NCBI GenBank assembly: GCA_965213675.1
Contig: OZ243916.1
Span: 1,632,001 to 1,696,000, forward strand
Length of the DNA stretch: 64,000 nucleotides
Direction of reading: 5' to 3'
From: an uncultured Candidatus Binatia bacterium
GTDB lineage: Bacteria > Desulfobacterota > Binatia > UBA9968 > JAJDTQ01
Shown here: positions 47,602 to 56,658 of the stretch, in pieces
How positions within the stretch are numbered: position 1 is the first letter of the stretch
Layout of the letters: each line of letters begins with the position of its first letter
Position numbers and translations under genes: made by a program
Notes under the pieces: model-generated
The model's input: only the letters and a program-made list of their open reading frames with translations
Databases searched by the model: none
Told to the model about the DNA's origin: nothing

Positions 47602-48840
47602 CTAGCTGCAGGATGTGGCGTCCACACCGCTGACCTGAACCGTGGGGCCGGAAGCGTTCGGCCGGATGTCGAAGTCGAAGATCCCGGTTGGAATGGCGAG
47701 CGTACAACAGGCGTTGGGGATGTCGACGATTCCGCTGATCCGACCCTCGACCGGGGCCGTCCCCAGTATCATGTAGGCCTGTTCGCCGGAATAACCGAAC
47801 TTCTTGAGGTACTCGATGGCGTTCAGGCAAGCACGCCGGTACGCAACGGTCGCATCCAGGTACTTCTGGGAGCCGTCGTGCTCATCCACGCAAACCCCTT
47901 CGAAGATCAGGTAGTCCGAGTAATGCGGCTCCACCGGGCTCGGCCTGAAAATCGGGTTGGTGATGCCGTACTTGTCGATACCGCCCTTGATGACATCGAC
48001 GCCGATGTCGATCCAGCCGGCCATCTCGATGGCGCCGCAGAAGGTGATCTCTCCGTCCCCTTGGGACCAGTGGATATCGCCCATGGAGAGCCCGCCCCCG
48101 GGCATGTAGACCGGGAAGTAGCAGCGGGAGCCGCGCGACAGGTTCTTGATGTCGCAGTTGCCTCCGTGCTCGCGCCCGGGAACCGTCCGCGCGCCATCCC
48201 GCCCCGCGGCGTCCGCGGCCGCGCCGGTCAACTGGCCCATCAGCGCGGTGGTGGTGCCGGCAAGTCCGTCCGGCAACGTGCACAGCGGCGGCACGCGATT
48301 CGGATCCGTCCTGAACAGGGCGGACTCGCGGTCGTTCCACCGCTTCAACAGGTCGGCCGAAGGCAGGGTGCCGATGAGTCCCGGATGAATCAGCCCGGGG
48401 AAACGCACGCCCGGGATGTGGCGGGAAGACGTGTAGACACCGCTGAAGTCCCAGCAGGCCTTGCGCGCGGCGGGATAGTGCTTGTCGAGGAAGCCTCCGC
48501 CATTCTCCAGGGCGAAGATGCCGGTAAAGCCCCACTGCGAGTCCTCGAGCCAGCCGATGTCGTTGATGTCCACAACCAGCAGGTCGCCCGGCTCCGCCCC
48601 TTCGACGCCGAACGGGCCACTCAGGTAATGCACCTTGGAAAGATCGACGTCGCGGATGTCGTTGGCAGACTCGTCGTTATGAATCTGACCTCCGGTCCAG
48701 TCATAACACTCGACCCGAAACTCATCACCGGGCTTGAACCGTTCTACGATCGGAACATCAGGGTGCCACCGATTGTGGGTCTTGACCGCCTGATCCTCCG
48801 GCCACTTGTCCATCTCCGCCCGAAATACCGTTTTGGCCAT
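47602..48840 (-). CDS. fmdA: Formamidase/acetamidase (FmdA/AmdA)
   Basis: HNRWHPD, DWTGGQI, HYLSGP, PGREHGGNCDIKNL, GDIHWSQGDGEITFCGAIE. Confidence 0.93.
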   Translation of the reverse strand: MAKTVFRAEMDKWPEDQAVKTHNRWHPDVPIVERFKPGDEFRVECYDWTGGQIHNDESANDIRDVDLSKVHYLSGPFGVEGAEPGDLLVVDINDIGWLEDSQWGFTGIFALENGGGFLDKHYPAARKACWDFSGVYTSSRHIPGVRFPGLIHPGLIGTLPSADLLKRWNDRESALFRTDPNRVPPLCTLPDGLAGTTTALMGQLTGAAADAAGRDGARTVPGREHGGNCDIKNLSRGSRCYFPVYMPGGGLSMGDIHWSQGDGEITFCGAIEMAGWIDIGVDVIKGGIDKYGITNPIFRPSPVEPHYSDYLIFEGVCVDEHDGSQKYLDATVAYRRACLNAIEYLKKFGYSGEQAYMILGTAPVEGRISGIVDIPNACCTLAIPTGIFDFDIRPNASGPTVQVSGVDATSCS

Positions 48841-48982
48841 GGTGTTTACTCCTTGCTCCAGTTCTCACCGAAGCGGGTTAACTGGCCTGTGACAGAGCCA
48901 CGAGTCTACATACGCGGAAGGGTACCCTCCTTTCCGGTTGGATTTACCGCGCCGGGTTCTTCCTGGAAGAACGGCTAGGAAA

Positions 48983-49065
48983 GCAGTCGAGAAACGCAGT
49001 CGAGAAGAGGGGTCAAGAAGAGTCTCGCCGAAAGGCAAGCAAGAAGAGTTTCGCCGACAGGCAAG
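48983..49065 (-). repeat. Tandem direct repeats in the fmdA leader (2x11 bp; 2x26 bp, each with a hairpin)
   Basis: gcagtcgagaa at 48983 and 48996; caagaagagtYtcgccgaMaggcaag at 49014 and 49040. Confidence 0.8.
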
Positions 49066-49068
49066 CGG

Positions 49069-49097
49069 ACGGTAGCACGGGTTCTATGACCATACAA
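49069..49097 (-). promoter_or_regulatory. Putative sigma70 promoter for fmdA
   Basis: TTGTAT-17-TACCGT with an extended -10 TG. Confidence 0.45.
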
Positions 49098-49182
49098 GAA
49101 AAAAGTCACGCCTCGATGCAGTTTTTTCCGCTCGAAAAACCACCGGAGCGACCGCCCGTAGTGGTCTCAGTGCACGGGGAGG

Positions 49183-49638
49183 TCAGGCCGGCAACCTGTG
49201 GCGCATCTCCTGGAGGGCCTGCTGGAACAGGTGGGGATCCTTGGACAGGGCGGTCTTGTAGAGGGCGTAACGTTCGTGTCCGGCCCAGCGGCTCCATTCC
49301 GCGGGCTTCACGCCTGTCCCCTCCGCGGCGCTACGCGCAGCCACGCCCTCGGGTACCGCGCCCGCAGCCCACGCCACCGCATCCAGCGCTGGGCAGCGTT
49401 CGGCTTCGACGCCCGCACGCGCCCGGGCCAGCGCTTCGAGGAACGCCACAAACACCCCGCGCTCCTCGTCCGTGTCCGCCGGCAGGTGGCACAGCGCCCG
49501 GCGCTCCGCCATGCTGAAGGCGCGCCAGATGCTCAGCGACACCCGGATGCCGCTCAAATCGAGCTTCATGCGCACATGGAAAGGCAGCCGCTCCAGGGTA
49601 GGATAAAATGCCTCCTCGAACTGGAACCGGTGGAACAT
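49183..49638 (-). CDS. Nitrate-reductase-associated (NarM-like) protein
   Basis: FQFE..F..TL..LP..VRMKLD..G...SL..W; W......RYALYK. Confidence 0.8.
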   Translation of the reverse strand: MFHRFQFEEAFYPTLERLPFHVRMKLDLSGIRVSLSIWRAFSMAERRALCHLPADTDEERGVFVAFLEALARARAGVEAERCPALDAVAWAAGAVPEGVAARSAAEGTGVKPAEWSRWAGHERYALYKTALSKDPHLFQQALQEMRHRLPA

Positions 49639-49657
49639 CGCGATCAACCTATCCGCA

Positions 49658-50890
49658 TCACTTGAATGCCTGCTCCCGGGTGCCCTTGAGAAAGCGGATG
49701 CCCCACACCATCAGGATGGAGATCACGAAGTTGCCAAAGGCAATCATGAAGGGGATGGTATAGTTGCCGAAAACGTCGTGCAGGTAGCCGCCGAGCCAGA
49801 TCCCCACGGCGCCTCCCACACCGATGCTCATGGTGAAGTAGCCGTAGATGGCTCCGAAGTCGCGCCCGAGAAAGACATCCGCGGAAATGGCGGACAGCAC
49901 CAACGCGCGGGAGCCCTGACCGAGCCCGTAACAGGCGGCGTACGCGTACAGCAGGTACGTATCGGTGGTGTCGCCCGCCGCCACCAGCGCCAGGATCCCC
50001 GCCGACGACACCAATTGCACCAGCGTATAGGTCATCTGGTGGCTCAACACGTCGGTCAGGTATCCGAACAGGACCCGGCCGAAGATACTGAACACCCCCA
50101 TGAGTCCCAGGATGGAGGCGGCGAAGAACGCGTCGTAGCCGATGTCCACCGCGTGGGCCACCTGATGGTTGGTGATGATCTGGTTGCCCATGCTGGCGAA
50201 CACGCGCGACACGAAGAGCAGCCAGAACATGGTGCTGGTCAAGGCCTCCCACACCGTCCACTCCCCGCCCTCGGCCACGGGTCGCGCCTCGTCCTTCCGC
50301 GGCGCCGGTCGATCACGCGGCATGAGCACACCCGAAGGCAGCACCACCAACGCGAACGCCATCACGCCCATGGCCACGTAGGCCATGCGCCAACCCCAGA
50401 TGTCCACGAAGAACTGCGCCACCGGCAACAATGCGGCAATGCCGAGCCCGCCACCGGCCCACGCGAGCCCCATGGCCAAGCCCCGGCGCCGGGTGAACTG
50501 GCGCGCGATGATGGCCACATGGGGAACCATCCCCATGAACCCAAGCCCCAGCGCCGTGACCACACCGACCCAGATGTAGAGTTGCCACAGCGACGTCACC
50601 GTGGCGCTGAAGCCGAGGCCCACGGCGAGCAGGACCCCGCCCAGCACCAGGGTCTTGCGCGAACCCCAGCGGTCCACCAGGGAGCCCGCCACCGGCATGG
50701 AGAACCCTTCCACCAGCACCGAAATGGACAAGGCGGTGGCAGTGACGCCCCGCGACCAGCCGAAGGCCTGGAACAACGCGACATAGAACACCGCGTAGGT
50801 GCCGCGAATGCCGCGATTGAACCCCATGTGCAGAAAGCCCAGGGCAACCTGGCCGACACGCTGTGCCGTGGTGGGAGTTGAATCCTGAAT
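49658..50890 (-). CDS. MFS transporter (OFA/MCT-like); start possibly ATT at 50890, first ATG at 50827
   Basis: About 12 TM segments, GSLVDRWGSRK, F..RRGLAMG, GGYLHD. Confidence 0.85.
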   Translation of the reverse strand: MQDSTPTTAQRVGQVALGFLHMGFNRGIRGTYAVFYVALFQAFGWSRGVTATALSISVLVEGFSMPVAGSLVDRWGSRKTLVLGGVLLAVGLGFSATVTSLWQLYIWVGVVTALGLGFMGMVPHVAIIARQFTRRRGLAMGLAWAGGGLGIAALLPVAQFFVDIWGWRMAYVAMGVMAFALVVLPSGVLMPRDRPAPRKDEARPVAEGGEWTVWEALTSTMFWLLFVSRVFASMGNQIITNHQVAHAVDIGYDAFFAASILGLMGVFSIFGRVLFGYLTDVLSHQMTYTLVQLVSSAGILALVAAGDTTDTYLLYAYAACYGLGQGSRALVLSAISADVFLGRDFGAIYGYFTMSIGVGGAVGIWLGGYLHDVFGNYTIPFMIAFGNFVISILMVWGIRFLKGTREQAFK

Positions 50891-51019
50891 GGCCCTCTAC
50901 CTCCCGAGAAAGGAAACTTCCGTCAGTGACAGCCGATCAAGGCAGCGCCGTTCGATTTCGCGCGGCGAAGCGTGTCCCGGGAACCAGCGCCGCAGCAACC
51001 GTGACCGCAGACCTCGCGC

Positions 51020-51040
51020 GGGGCGACCGGCGGTCGCCCC
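51020..51040. repeat. REP palindrome
   Basis: ggggcgaccggcggtcgcccc. Confidence 0.65.
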
Positions 51041-51095
51041 GTTCGGCACGCACCACGCGAGGCGAAGCAACGCAACCGCGCCATTCCCGCAATGA

Positions 51096-51956
51096 CTACT
51101 TCAGAAATTCGTCCGCCCAGGCGTCGTAGCGGTCCTGCTCCAGGACGAGCTTCATCAACTCGGGGGACGCCGCCCGGTGCTTGAGCCCGGCGGGCGGGTG
51201 TCCGGCGCGCAGGTGCGCGTAGGCATCCTGAAGCGCGCGCACGGCCACCTGAAACGGCATGTGGCCCTGGAGAGCGATGCGCACGCCGTTGGCGGCGAGG
51301 AACTCCCGGTCGTGGAGCTCCGGCGGCGTGGTGCCCAGCACCACCGGAAGGCGCGTCATGGCATGGATGGCGGCAACCTGCTCGCGGGAGCGCACGCCGG
51401 TAAAGAAAACGCCGTCGGCGCCGGCCGCCTCGCACGCTTTCACGCGTTCCGCCAAGGCGTCGACTCCCTGGGTCGGAAGCACGCCGGTGCGCCCGAGGAT
51501 CACCAGTTCCGGGTCCGTGCGCGCCGCAACCGCGGCGCCCACCTTGCCGGCGAACTCCGCCAACGAGATGAACGCGTCGCCTTCCTGCCGGAAGCCCCGT
51601 GGCAGCCGCGTGTCCTCGATGGTCAGCGCGGACACGCCCGCGCCCTCCAACTCCGCCACGGTGCGCATGACGCCCAGGGCGTTGCCGTAGCCGTGGTCCG
51701 CATCCACCATCAACGGCAACCGGCCCGCGCGCGTGATGCGCCGCGCCTGCTCCGCGAACTCGGTCAGGGTCAGAACGACGATATCCGGCGCCGCCAGCAC
51801 CGTGGCCGACGCCGTGGAGCCCGCCAGCATGGCGATTTCGAATCCGGCCGCTTCGGCGAGTCGCACCGATACCGGATCGAAAACGGAAGCCGGGTAGCAG
51901 CACTCACCGCCCTGGAGCAGCGTGCGATACTGCCGGCGGCGTTCAGTAACGATCAC
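51096..51956 (-). CDS. Isocitrate lyase/PEP mutase family, oxaloacetate decarboxylase-like
   Basis: PASVFDP.S.R, MVDADHGYGNAL, TIEDT.LP. Confidence 0.88.
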   Translation of the reverse strand: MIVTERRRQYRTLLQGGECCYPASVFDPVSVRLAEAAGFEIAMLAGSTASATVLAAPDIVVLTLTEFAEQARRITRAGRLPLMVDADHGYGNALGVMRTVAELEGAGVSALTIEDTRLPRGFRQEGDAFISLAEFAGKVGAAVAARTDPELVILGRTGVLPTQGVDALAERVKACEAAGADGVFFTGVRSREQVAAIHAMTRLPVVLGTTPPELHDREFLAANGVRIALQGHMPFQVAVRALQDAYAHLRAGHPPAGLKHRAASPELMKLVLEQDRYDAWADEFLK

Positions 51957-52029
51957 GATGTTCTCCTCGACGCGGCCCTGGCGCTGCCCCCGGCGGCGGA
52001 CCGCACGTCGCGGGTTGTCAGCCTGGCCA

Positions 52030-53016
52030 CTAGTGACTTGGGTCCAATCGCAGGTAGTCGTAGCGGTCGCCGGAGACGACGCTCACCTCTTCGACCCGGA
52101 CTCCTTTGAGGACGTTGAGCGAAACGCTGACTCCGGGGGCGCCCAAGGCCCAGACCTTGCGGTAGAGGTCCGCCAGGCCCTTCACCGGCTCACCGCCCAC
52201 GCCCGCGATGAGTTGCCCGGCCTCAAGGCCTGATCGCGCCGCCGGCCCTCCCTTCGATACACGACGCACCATCACGTGTCCACCCACGGCTTCCATCTGA
52301 GCGCCGAGCCACGGCCGCCGCCGGCTTGCCGAGAACCCCTCGGATGTCAGGTCCGGCAGGATCGCCTTCAACAGATCGATGGGCACGAACATGTTGCCCG
52401 GCACGGGTTGCCCCGGTATCGCCTCCGGCACCTGGAGCGAGCCGATGCCCAGCAGTTGGCCGCTGCGGTCAATCAGGGCGGCGCCGCCGAAGTTGGCGTG
52501 GTGCGGCGCGGTGAAGATCGCGCTGTCCAGCAGGTATTCCCAATAGCCGGCGAACTCCCGGCGCGAGACCACGTAGGCGCCCTGCCCGGACGGACCCTTC
52601 TCCGTATGGCTGAGAATCAACACCTCCGCGCCCTTGTCGAGACTCTCCGAGGAGCCCAGCGGCAGCGGCCGAGCGCCTCCCACCGGAGACAACGCGCGCA
52701 GCAGGCCGAACCCGGTGGCGTGATCGTAACCCACCACCTTGGCCGGCACGGTCCTTCCGGCCGAGTCGGTGAGTTCCACCCGCGAAGCCTCCAGGATCAC
52801 GTAACCGATGGTGAGAACGAGGCCGCCGGCATCAATGACCACGCCGCTGCCCTCGCGCAATGGCCCAAGGGTGCCGGCCGTGCGCGCCTCCGGCGGCACC
52901 TGGGCGCGTACCTTGACCACAGCGTCCAGCGTTTCGGCCGTGAACTCCTGCCCCGGCGCCGCGACGGGCACCGCCAGGCACAGGGCGACAACAAAGGGGA
53001 GAACCCGCTGGCTCAC
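52030..53016 (-). CDS. S1C trypsin-like plus PDZ protein (catalytic residues apparently absent)
   Basis: GSGVVID, VLTIGYVI, ANFGGAAL, C-terminal PDZ; signal peptide; GAGGAGG RBS. Confidence 0.82.
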   Translation of the reverse strand: MSQRVLPFVVALCLAVPVAAPGQEFTAETLDAVVKVRAQVPPEARTAGTLGPLREGSGVVIDAGGLVLTIGYVILEASRVELTDSAGRTVPAKVVGYDHATGFGLLRALSPVGGARPLPLGSSESLDKGAEVLILSHTEKGPSGQGAYVVSRREFAGYWEYLLDSAIFTAPHHANFGGAALIDRSGQLLGIGSLQVPEAIPGQPVPGNMFVPIDLLKAILPDLTSEGFSASRRRPWLGAQMEAVGGHVMVRRVSKGGPAARSGLEAGQLIAGVGGEPVKGLADLYRKVWALGAPGVSVSLNVLKGVRVEEVSVVSGDRYDYLRLDPSH

Positions 53017-53165
53017 AAGACACCTCCTCAATGCACGACATCGCATGCGCTCCCGGCAACGCTCCGTTGCGGGCGCCATACTGCATCTTACACGCTACTA
53101 CGCACAAGCCGCGCCCCAAGGGCCGGGGAATTTGACACGAAGCGGCGGGGGATGGAGGATGAACC

Positions 53166-54164
53166 ATGCTTCGCATCGGCGCCAGCAGTTGCCTCCTGGG
53201 CCACGAAGTCCGTTACGACGGCGGACACAAGCGGCACCGGAGCGTCACCGGGATGTTGTCGCGCCACTTCGAGATCGTGCCCGTGTGTCCGGAGACCGAA
53301 GTCGGGATGGGGGTGCCGCGGGAGCCCGTCGATCTCATCGGAGACCCGTTGGCGCCGCGCATGATGGGCCAGCGTTCCGGCCGGGACTGGAGCGGGATCA
53401 TGCAGGAATACGGCAGGCGGAGGGCAGCGGAGTTGGAGCGCATCGAGGTGTGTGGGTTCGTATTGAAGAACGGTTCGCCGAGTTGCGGGCCGAGCGAAGT
53501 GCCAGTGCGCCCACGGTGGGGCGACGCGCCCGTGGCGCCCGTGCCACACACGCGAACTTTCGCCCCCGTCCTTCACACGCCGACCGTCGCGGGCACGGCC
53601 AGCGGCCTGTTCGCCCGGGCGCTGGCGGACGCCCTGCCCCTGCTGCCAGTGGAAACGGAGGTGCGCCTGAATGACCCGTCACTGTGCGGAAACTTCATCG
53701 AGCGGGTTCACGCGTACCACGAGTGGCGCGAGTGTGCCGTCGAACGGCCATCCGTGTCACGGCTCAAGGACTTTCACGCGTCCCACAAGTTCACTCTGCT
53801 GGCGCACAGCGAGACGCAATTGCGATTCCTGGGGCGCTTGCTGGCGGAAGCCGGCAACGGCTCCCCAGAGGATTTGGCGAACCTGACGACCCGTTACGGC
53901 CAAGCCTTCATGGAAGCGTTGAAACGGCCTTCCACGCGGGGGACCCATACCAATGCGCTGCAACACCTGGCGGGCATTCTTTCGGTGCGGCTGGACCGCG
54001 ACAGCCGCCAACGGCTTGCGCTCCTGATCCACCACTACCGGCTGGGCAAGGCGCCGCTGTCCGCGCCCGCGGAACTCTTGCGACGTCAAGCAGCCGAACA
54101 TCAGGTCGACTACGTGCTGCGTCAGAGCTTCCTGCGCACCCCGGCGGCGCGGGGTCCACTGTAG
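53166..54164 (+). CDS. DUF523-DUF1722 (YbgA/2-thiouracil desulfurase family) protein
   Basis: GASSCLLG..VRYDGGHK, VCPE..GMGVPRE, SPSCG, FHASHKF.LLAHS. Confidence 0.9.
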   Translation: MLRIGASSCLLGHEVRYDGGHKRHRSVTGMLSRHFEIVPVCPETEVGMGVPREPVDLIGDPLAPRMMGQRSGRDWSGIMQEYGRRRAAELERIEVCGFVLKNGSPSCGPSEVPVRPRWGDAPVAPVPHTRTFAPVLHTPTVAGTASGLFARALADALPLLPVETEVRLNDPSLCGNFIERVHAYHEWRECAVERPSVSRLKDFHASHKFTLLAHSETQLRFLGRLLAEAGNGSPEDLANLTTRYGQAFMEALKRPSTRGTHTNALQHLAGILSVRLDRDSRQRLALLIHHYRLGKAPLSAPAELLRRQAAEHQVDYVLRQSFLRTPAARGPL

Positions 54165-54236
54165 GCGTGGCATCCGAATCCGCACGCGCGCCTTCGCACC
54201 GGAGTGTGCACGGGCCGCATGGCGACGTCTCCGGCG

Positions 54237-54683
54237 CTACCGGCCAAACAAGTCCCGCAGGACATCCTTGCGGTATTCGAAGATTTTCCGAAGGTCCGGG
54301 CCCACGAGGAATCGTTGGACCCACGCGCCGAAAGGCACCGCGTACTCCACCAGGTCCTCGACGCGAGTGCCCCCTTCCACTTCGTCAAACCGGTGCTCAT
54401 GAACCCAAAGGCGGTAGGGACCGCGCCGCTGCTCGTCCACGAAACGCCGCGGCGGCTCCCAGCAGGTGATCTCCGACTGCCAGCGGATGGGGAAACCACG
54501 CACACGCAGGCGGTAGTCGATCCGCGTCCCTACCCCCATGACCACGGGACCCGGGCTCAGCATCTCGAAGCGCAGCCACGGCGGCGTGATCCGTTCCAGG
54601 TTGGCGGCGTCGGCAAAGAAGGGAAATACTTCGGCGCGCGTCCGCGGCACGCGCAACTCCGAATGCAGGCGAAAGGTGTTCAT
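54237..54683 (-). CDS. SRPBCC family protein
   Basis: VFPFFADA.NLERITPP, FVDEQRRGPYRLW.HEH. Confidence 0.88.
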   Translation of the reverse strand: MNTFRLHSELRVPRTRAEVFPFFADAANLERITPPWLRFEMLSPGPVVMGVGTRIDYRLRVRGFPIRWQSEITCWEPPRRFVDEQRRGPYRLWVHEHRFDEVEGGTRVEDLVEYAVPFGAWVQRFLVGPDLRKIFEYRKDVLRDLFGR

Positions 54684-54696
54684 GGGGGTGCAACGA

Positions 54697-55524
54697 TCAT
54701 GTCGCCCGGTTGGCGAGGATCCCGTGAAGGTACAGGTGCAATTCGGGGAGTTCCGCCGGCGCGTCGGGCGCGACGCGCTTGCCGAACTCGTAGAGGCTGC
54801 CGAACTCCACGGCCTTCAGACCGGTGCGTTCCTCGAGAACGGAGAGGTCATCGAAGCCCGTCACCCATTTCACCTTAAGAGTGTTCTCGAACGCGTCCGT
54901 GGTGGCGGTGATGTCGTCATCGCCCGTTGTGCGGTCGATGATGCTCCGGGCAAAGAAGTCGAAGGCGATCCTGAAGGAACGAATCCCCTCGCGCAAGCGG
55001 TTGAGAAAATCGTAGATCAAGTCCTCCGGCAGGTACATGGTGTTGCCTTCCCAGATGATCAGCATGGGCGCGTCAAGGTCGAACCCCGCCTCCGCGAGTT
55101 TCGCCGACAGGTCCACCTCGAGATAGTTGCACGGGACGCCCGCGCACGGGGTCACGCCGTGAGCTTCCAGCACTTGGCTCTTGAACGCCAGCACCGCGGG
55201 CTGATCGACATCGCAGAAACGCACGCCCTCGCGCTGAGACAAATGCGGCCGCATGTCGAAACCGGAACCCAGAATGACGACCTGCCGCATGCCGCTGCCG
55301 ATCTCGTTGCGAATCACTTCATCGAACAGCGCGGAACGGTAGCGCACCAACTCCAACCCTGCCGGCAGGACCGCAAACACCTGACGCACCTTCGCCCGGA
55401 TATCGTCGTTGACGAACCACTGCGCGTACGGGTCCTTGAACAGCGGATGCTCCCGATCCTTCTCCTGCTCCCGGATTCCCGCGATAAAGAACGCCGTGGC
55501 GCCGACTTCATTGATGTTCGACAT
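54697..55524 (-). CDS. SAM-dependent methyltransferase (LCM/TIGR00027-like)
   Basis: LFKDPYA, QVVILGSGFDMR, DVDQP, IWEG..MYL. Confidence 0.88.
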   Translation of the reverse strand: MSNINEVGATAFFIAGIREQEKDREHPLFKDPYAQWFVNDDIRAKVRQVFAVLPAGLELVRYRSALFDEVIRNEIGSGMRQVVILGSGFDMRPHLSQREGVRFCDVDQPAVLAFKSQVLEAHGVTPCAGVPCNYLEVDLSAKLAEAGFDLDAPMLIIWEGNTMYLPEDLIYDFLNRLREGIRSFRIAFDFFARSIIDRTTGDDDITATTDAFENTLKVKWVTGFDDLSVLEERTGLKAVEFGSLYEFGKRVAPDAPAELPELHLYLHGILANRAT

Positions 55525-55730
55525 CGATCCAACCTCCCCCGGGCATGGAATGCTTCTGAGCCCTGTCCTTCATCATATCAAGACGGAACGCACAAGATCG
55601 AGGGTTTGCCCCCCTTGGACCCCGATTCCCCAGCAGCAAGTATCGTGTCCCGCAAACAACTGCGATAAGCTGCGCAGGAATCGTGGTTGCGCCGTCAGGA
55701 ATCGTGGTAGTCGGCAAGGCCCGATGACGT

Positions 55731-55797
55731 GTAGGGGCGACCGGCGGGCGCTGTGGCAGGCACCATGCCATGTAGGGGCGACCGGGGGTCGCCCCAC
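55731..55797 (+). repeat. Pair of GTAG-type REP elements
   Basis: gtaggggcgaccgg occurs twice; the second is a full palindrome. Confidence 0.7.
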
Positions 55798-55919
55798 GTC
55801 GCGGTCGCCACGCGACGAAGAGACCCCGGGTGACGTCACCCAGCCGACGGCAAAACAGCCATGATGGCAGTCATTTGCCGGAAACGACGCCAGGCTACCG
55901 ATCAAGCGCAGGACTACCA

Positions 55920-56423
55920 ATGGTATCGAAGATGTCGTCAACGGACGGGTCGGACGCAACGCCTCCCATGAACCTCGCCTGGACAGGCTGGCTTTTGGAC
56001 AGCTACGCGCTTTGGTTGAAGCGGGAACTCATCGCGCGCGCCGGCTCTTTGAACGAGCAGAGCGTGCGACTCTTTCATGCGCCGTTCGTGGTGGTGTCCC
56101 ACGCGGACGCGGAGGATCCGGTGCTCAACTACGGCAACCGGCAGGCTCTGGACTTGTGGGAGATGACCTGGGCGGAACTGACCGCCACGCCGTCGCGCCT
56201 CACCGCCGAACCGGTGAACCGAAACGAACGCGCGCGGCTGCTGCGGCGCGTGGCGGAGCAAGGCTTCGTTGCCGATTACGAGGGCGTGCGCATCTCGAAA
56301 ACCGGCCGGCGTTTTCAGGTGAAGCGCGCCACCGTGTGGAACGTGCTGGATGAAAACAGGATCAAGCGGGGACAGGCCGCTACCTTCTCGCACTGGGTGC
56401 CGCTTCCCGCGCAGCAGCCGTAA
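55920..56423 (+). CDS. MEKHLA-domain protein (start uncertain)
   Basis: LFHAPFVVVSH...DPVLNYGN..AL.LWE, PSRLTAE, YEGVRISKTGRRF. Confidence 0.88.
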   Translation: MVSKMSSTDGSDATPPMNLAWTGWLLDSYALWLKRELIARAGSLNEQSVRLFHAPFVVVSHADAEDPVLNYGNRQALDLWEMTWAELTATPSRLTAEPVNRNERARLLRRVAEQGFVADYEGVRISKTGRRFQVKRATVWNVLDENRIKRGQAATFSHWVPLPAQQP

Positions 56424-56658
56424 CCTTGTGGATCACTCACCCTGTTCAACACATGAGACGACACACGAGACAACATCCAGCCAGTTCCTCGACCAGCGGT
56501 TTGGGGTCCTCGCCAACCCCGTGGCCATCTTTCGGAAACTGGCCGATAGACTGACTCTCGACGAATCAGACTGGCTCCAGACGAAGAATCACCGGAGAAT
56601 CACAAGAACAGAACAGTCACAGGCATCCCCCGGAAATCGCCGTGCCGCCGCGCCGCGC

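Noticed and set aside
49014-49065. Guanidine-II (mini-ykkC) riboswitch
   Set aside because: The loops lack the ACGR tetraloop on either strand.
56440-56640. Protein-like stretch (QFLDQRFGVLANPVAIFRKLAD...)
   Set aside because: It has no clear start or family match, so it cannot be supported as a gene or remnant.
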